Origin: Felis catus
Lineage: Eukaryota
Length of the DNA stretch: 64,000 nt
NCBI RefSeq assembly: GCF_018350175.1
Contig: NC_058368.1
Span: 102,612,001 to 102,676,000, forward strand
Direction: 5' to 3'
A program made the translations under genes and the position numbers. A model generated the notes under the pieces. It was not told the DNA's origin, did not search any database, and saw only the letters and a list, made by a program, of their open reading frames with translations. Below are positions 62,444 through 64,000 of the stretch, piece by piece (the first letter of the stretch is position 1; each line of letters starts with the position of its first letter).

Positions 62444-62888
62444 AAACTCTGCTTGATTTGCCCTTTCACATATTGACTTCGCTGAAGTGATACTTTCAGC
62501 TTCTCAAACTTACCTAGAAATAAAATGCGGATATGCGCTTGATCCACGTAAGCAGTTTACATGATAGATTTATCAAATCTCTTTGATAAAGGGGAAAAGA
62601 TCAGGAGTGCCTTTATTCCAGTGGATGGACAGCAGGGAAGTTTAAGTACAGAAGGCAATGGAATATTCTTCTCCCCAGAGCCGCATGTGAGTACTCTCAC
62701 GGCATGTGTGCATTTTGGACGGACGTGTTCAGCACCCTTTTGAACAAAGATTCAAGGAATAACCTAGCATACTCTGGGTTGTTCCACTCATAAATCAATA
62801 GTTAGAAATTCTACCAAGAAAGCTGGAGGCATAGATCTAAGAATGAGAACTAAGAATTAGAACTCCGGATAAGACAACACTCCATTTT

Positions 62889-63110
62889 AGGGGCACCTAG
62901 GTGGCTCGGATGGCTCAGCGTCTGGCTTTTGATTTTGGCTCAGATCTTGATCCTAGGGTTGTGGGATTGAGCCCCACAGAGGGCTCTGAGCTGAATGCGG
63001 AGCCTGCTTAAGATCCTCCCTCTCTCTTTCTCTCACCCTCTGCCCCTCTCCCCTGCTTGTGCTCTCTCTTCCTAAAATACAAACAAAAAAGAAAAGAGAA
63101 GAAAAGAAAA
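62889..63110 (+). mobile_element. CanSINE (older)
   Basis: ggggcacctaggtggctc...gcctgcttaagat; (gaaaa)n tail. Confidence 0.9.
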
Positions 63111-63880
63111 CAATCCATTATTATAGGCTCCTTGAATCTGGCAAAGTATAGCATGACGCCTACAGATTAAAGGATATGACTTGATTCTCTACACAAAAAC
63201 GGGGGCACTATAAACCTTAAACTGTACATGTAAGCCATTGTGTCCATTTATTTAAAAAATGGTATAATCTTTGTCTAGGCTTACTTCAGGGGTTGTTGTA
63301 ATTAGGAAATTATCATTTTTATTTTGAATGGGAACATGTTCTATGAGAGCAAAATACTTCTGTCATTCTGTCGAACGGAGATTTTCTGACGGTTAATAAT
63401 TTTAAAAACCATTTTACGGAGGTACCTTTTAAATTCAGCTTTTCACAATATGCTAATAGAGGGTTAAGCTCTATTGGTTCTGTTTTCAGCTGTTTAAAAC
63501 TTATGACATATCTGAAGGGTGAATTTGGCATTAAACCAACATTTTCCTATTGTCAGCTCTGCGGAGTCAATATATCATAGTCCCAGAAGAGAAGGTTGTG
63601 TTCCTCCTTGCCTCCACCGTCATTAACAAAGCTGACAGCAAAGCCCTAATTCCAGAACTGTTCCCGTGTTATCGATGTGTAAAGCAGAAAGGACTGAGCC
63701 TGATTGTCAGATGTCAGGCCGGGTCTCCGTTATTGAGAAGTAAACGCCTGCGCAGTTTGGTTGTAAAGAAGGGTCCAACTGATCAGAACCTTGCACCTCA
63801 GAAAAAAATGTGTAAGAAAAATGCAATTATGGTGCCTTCTCAGAACTTTTTTTTTTTCTTAACACAAAAAGGAAAAAACA

Positions 63881-64000
63881 GGGGCGCCTGCGTGGCTCAG
63901 TCGGTTGAGCGTCCGACTTCAGCTCAGGTCATGATCTCACAGTTCGTGAGTTCGAGCCCCGCGTCAGGCTCTGGGCTGATGGCTCGGAGCCTGGAGCCTG
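63881..64000 (+). mobile_element. CanSINE cut off by the window end
   Basis: ggggcgcctgcgtggctcagtcgg...ggagcctggagcctg. Confidence 0.95.

Noticed and set aside
1..64000. Assignment to a specific named gene locus
   Set aside because: No exon or sequence I can recognise with confidence; this needs a BLAT search against the cat or human genome

Overview
Mammalian genomic DNA, almost certainly from a felid (domestic cat or close relative). About 55 tRNA-Lys-derived CanSINE copies (SINEC_Fc type, including several young CpG-rich copies with clean target-site duplications, TSDs) are scattered over older eutherian repeats: L2, MIR, L1M and carnivore L1 3' ends, MLT1 and ERV1 LTRs, and the DNA transposons MER5, MER53, MER63, MER81, Tigger1 and a Zaphod-like element. 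I find no credible protein-coding exon, RNA gene or CRISPR array. The ORFs in the track are SINE, L1 or Tigger translations or chance frames. The window reads as a large intron or gene desert. Several repeat-free, AT-rich blocks dense in homeodomain motifs look like conserved enhancers (best: 26.7-27.25 kb). Other points of interest are an LTR followed by a possible spliced non-coding transcript, a tandem array of nuclear-receptor DR4 motifs, repeatedly re-used retrotransposon target sites, and an L1/Tigger1 junction suggesting an insertion-associated deletion. Repeat family names come from my recall of consensus sequences, not from a database search, and boundaries of old repeats are approximate. 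I could not identify the locus or host gene.
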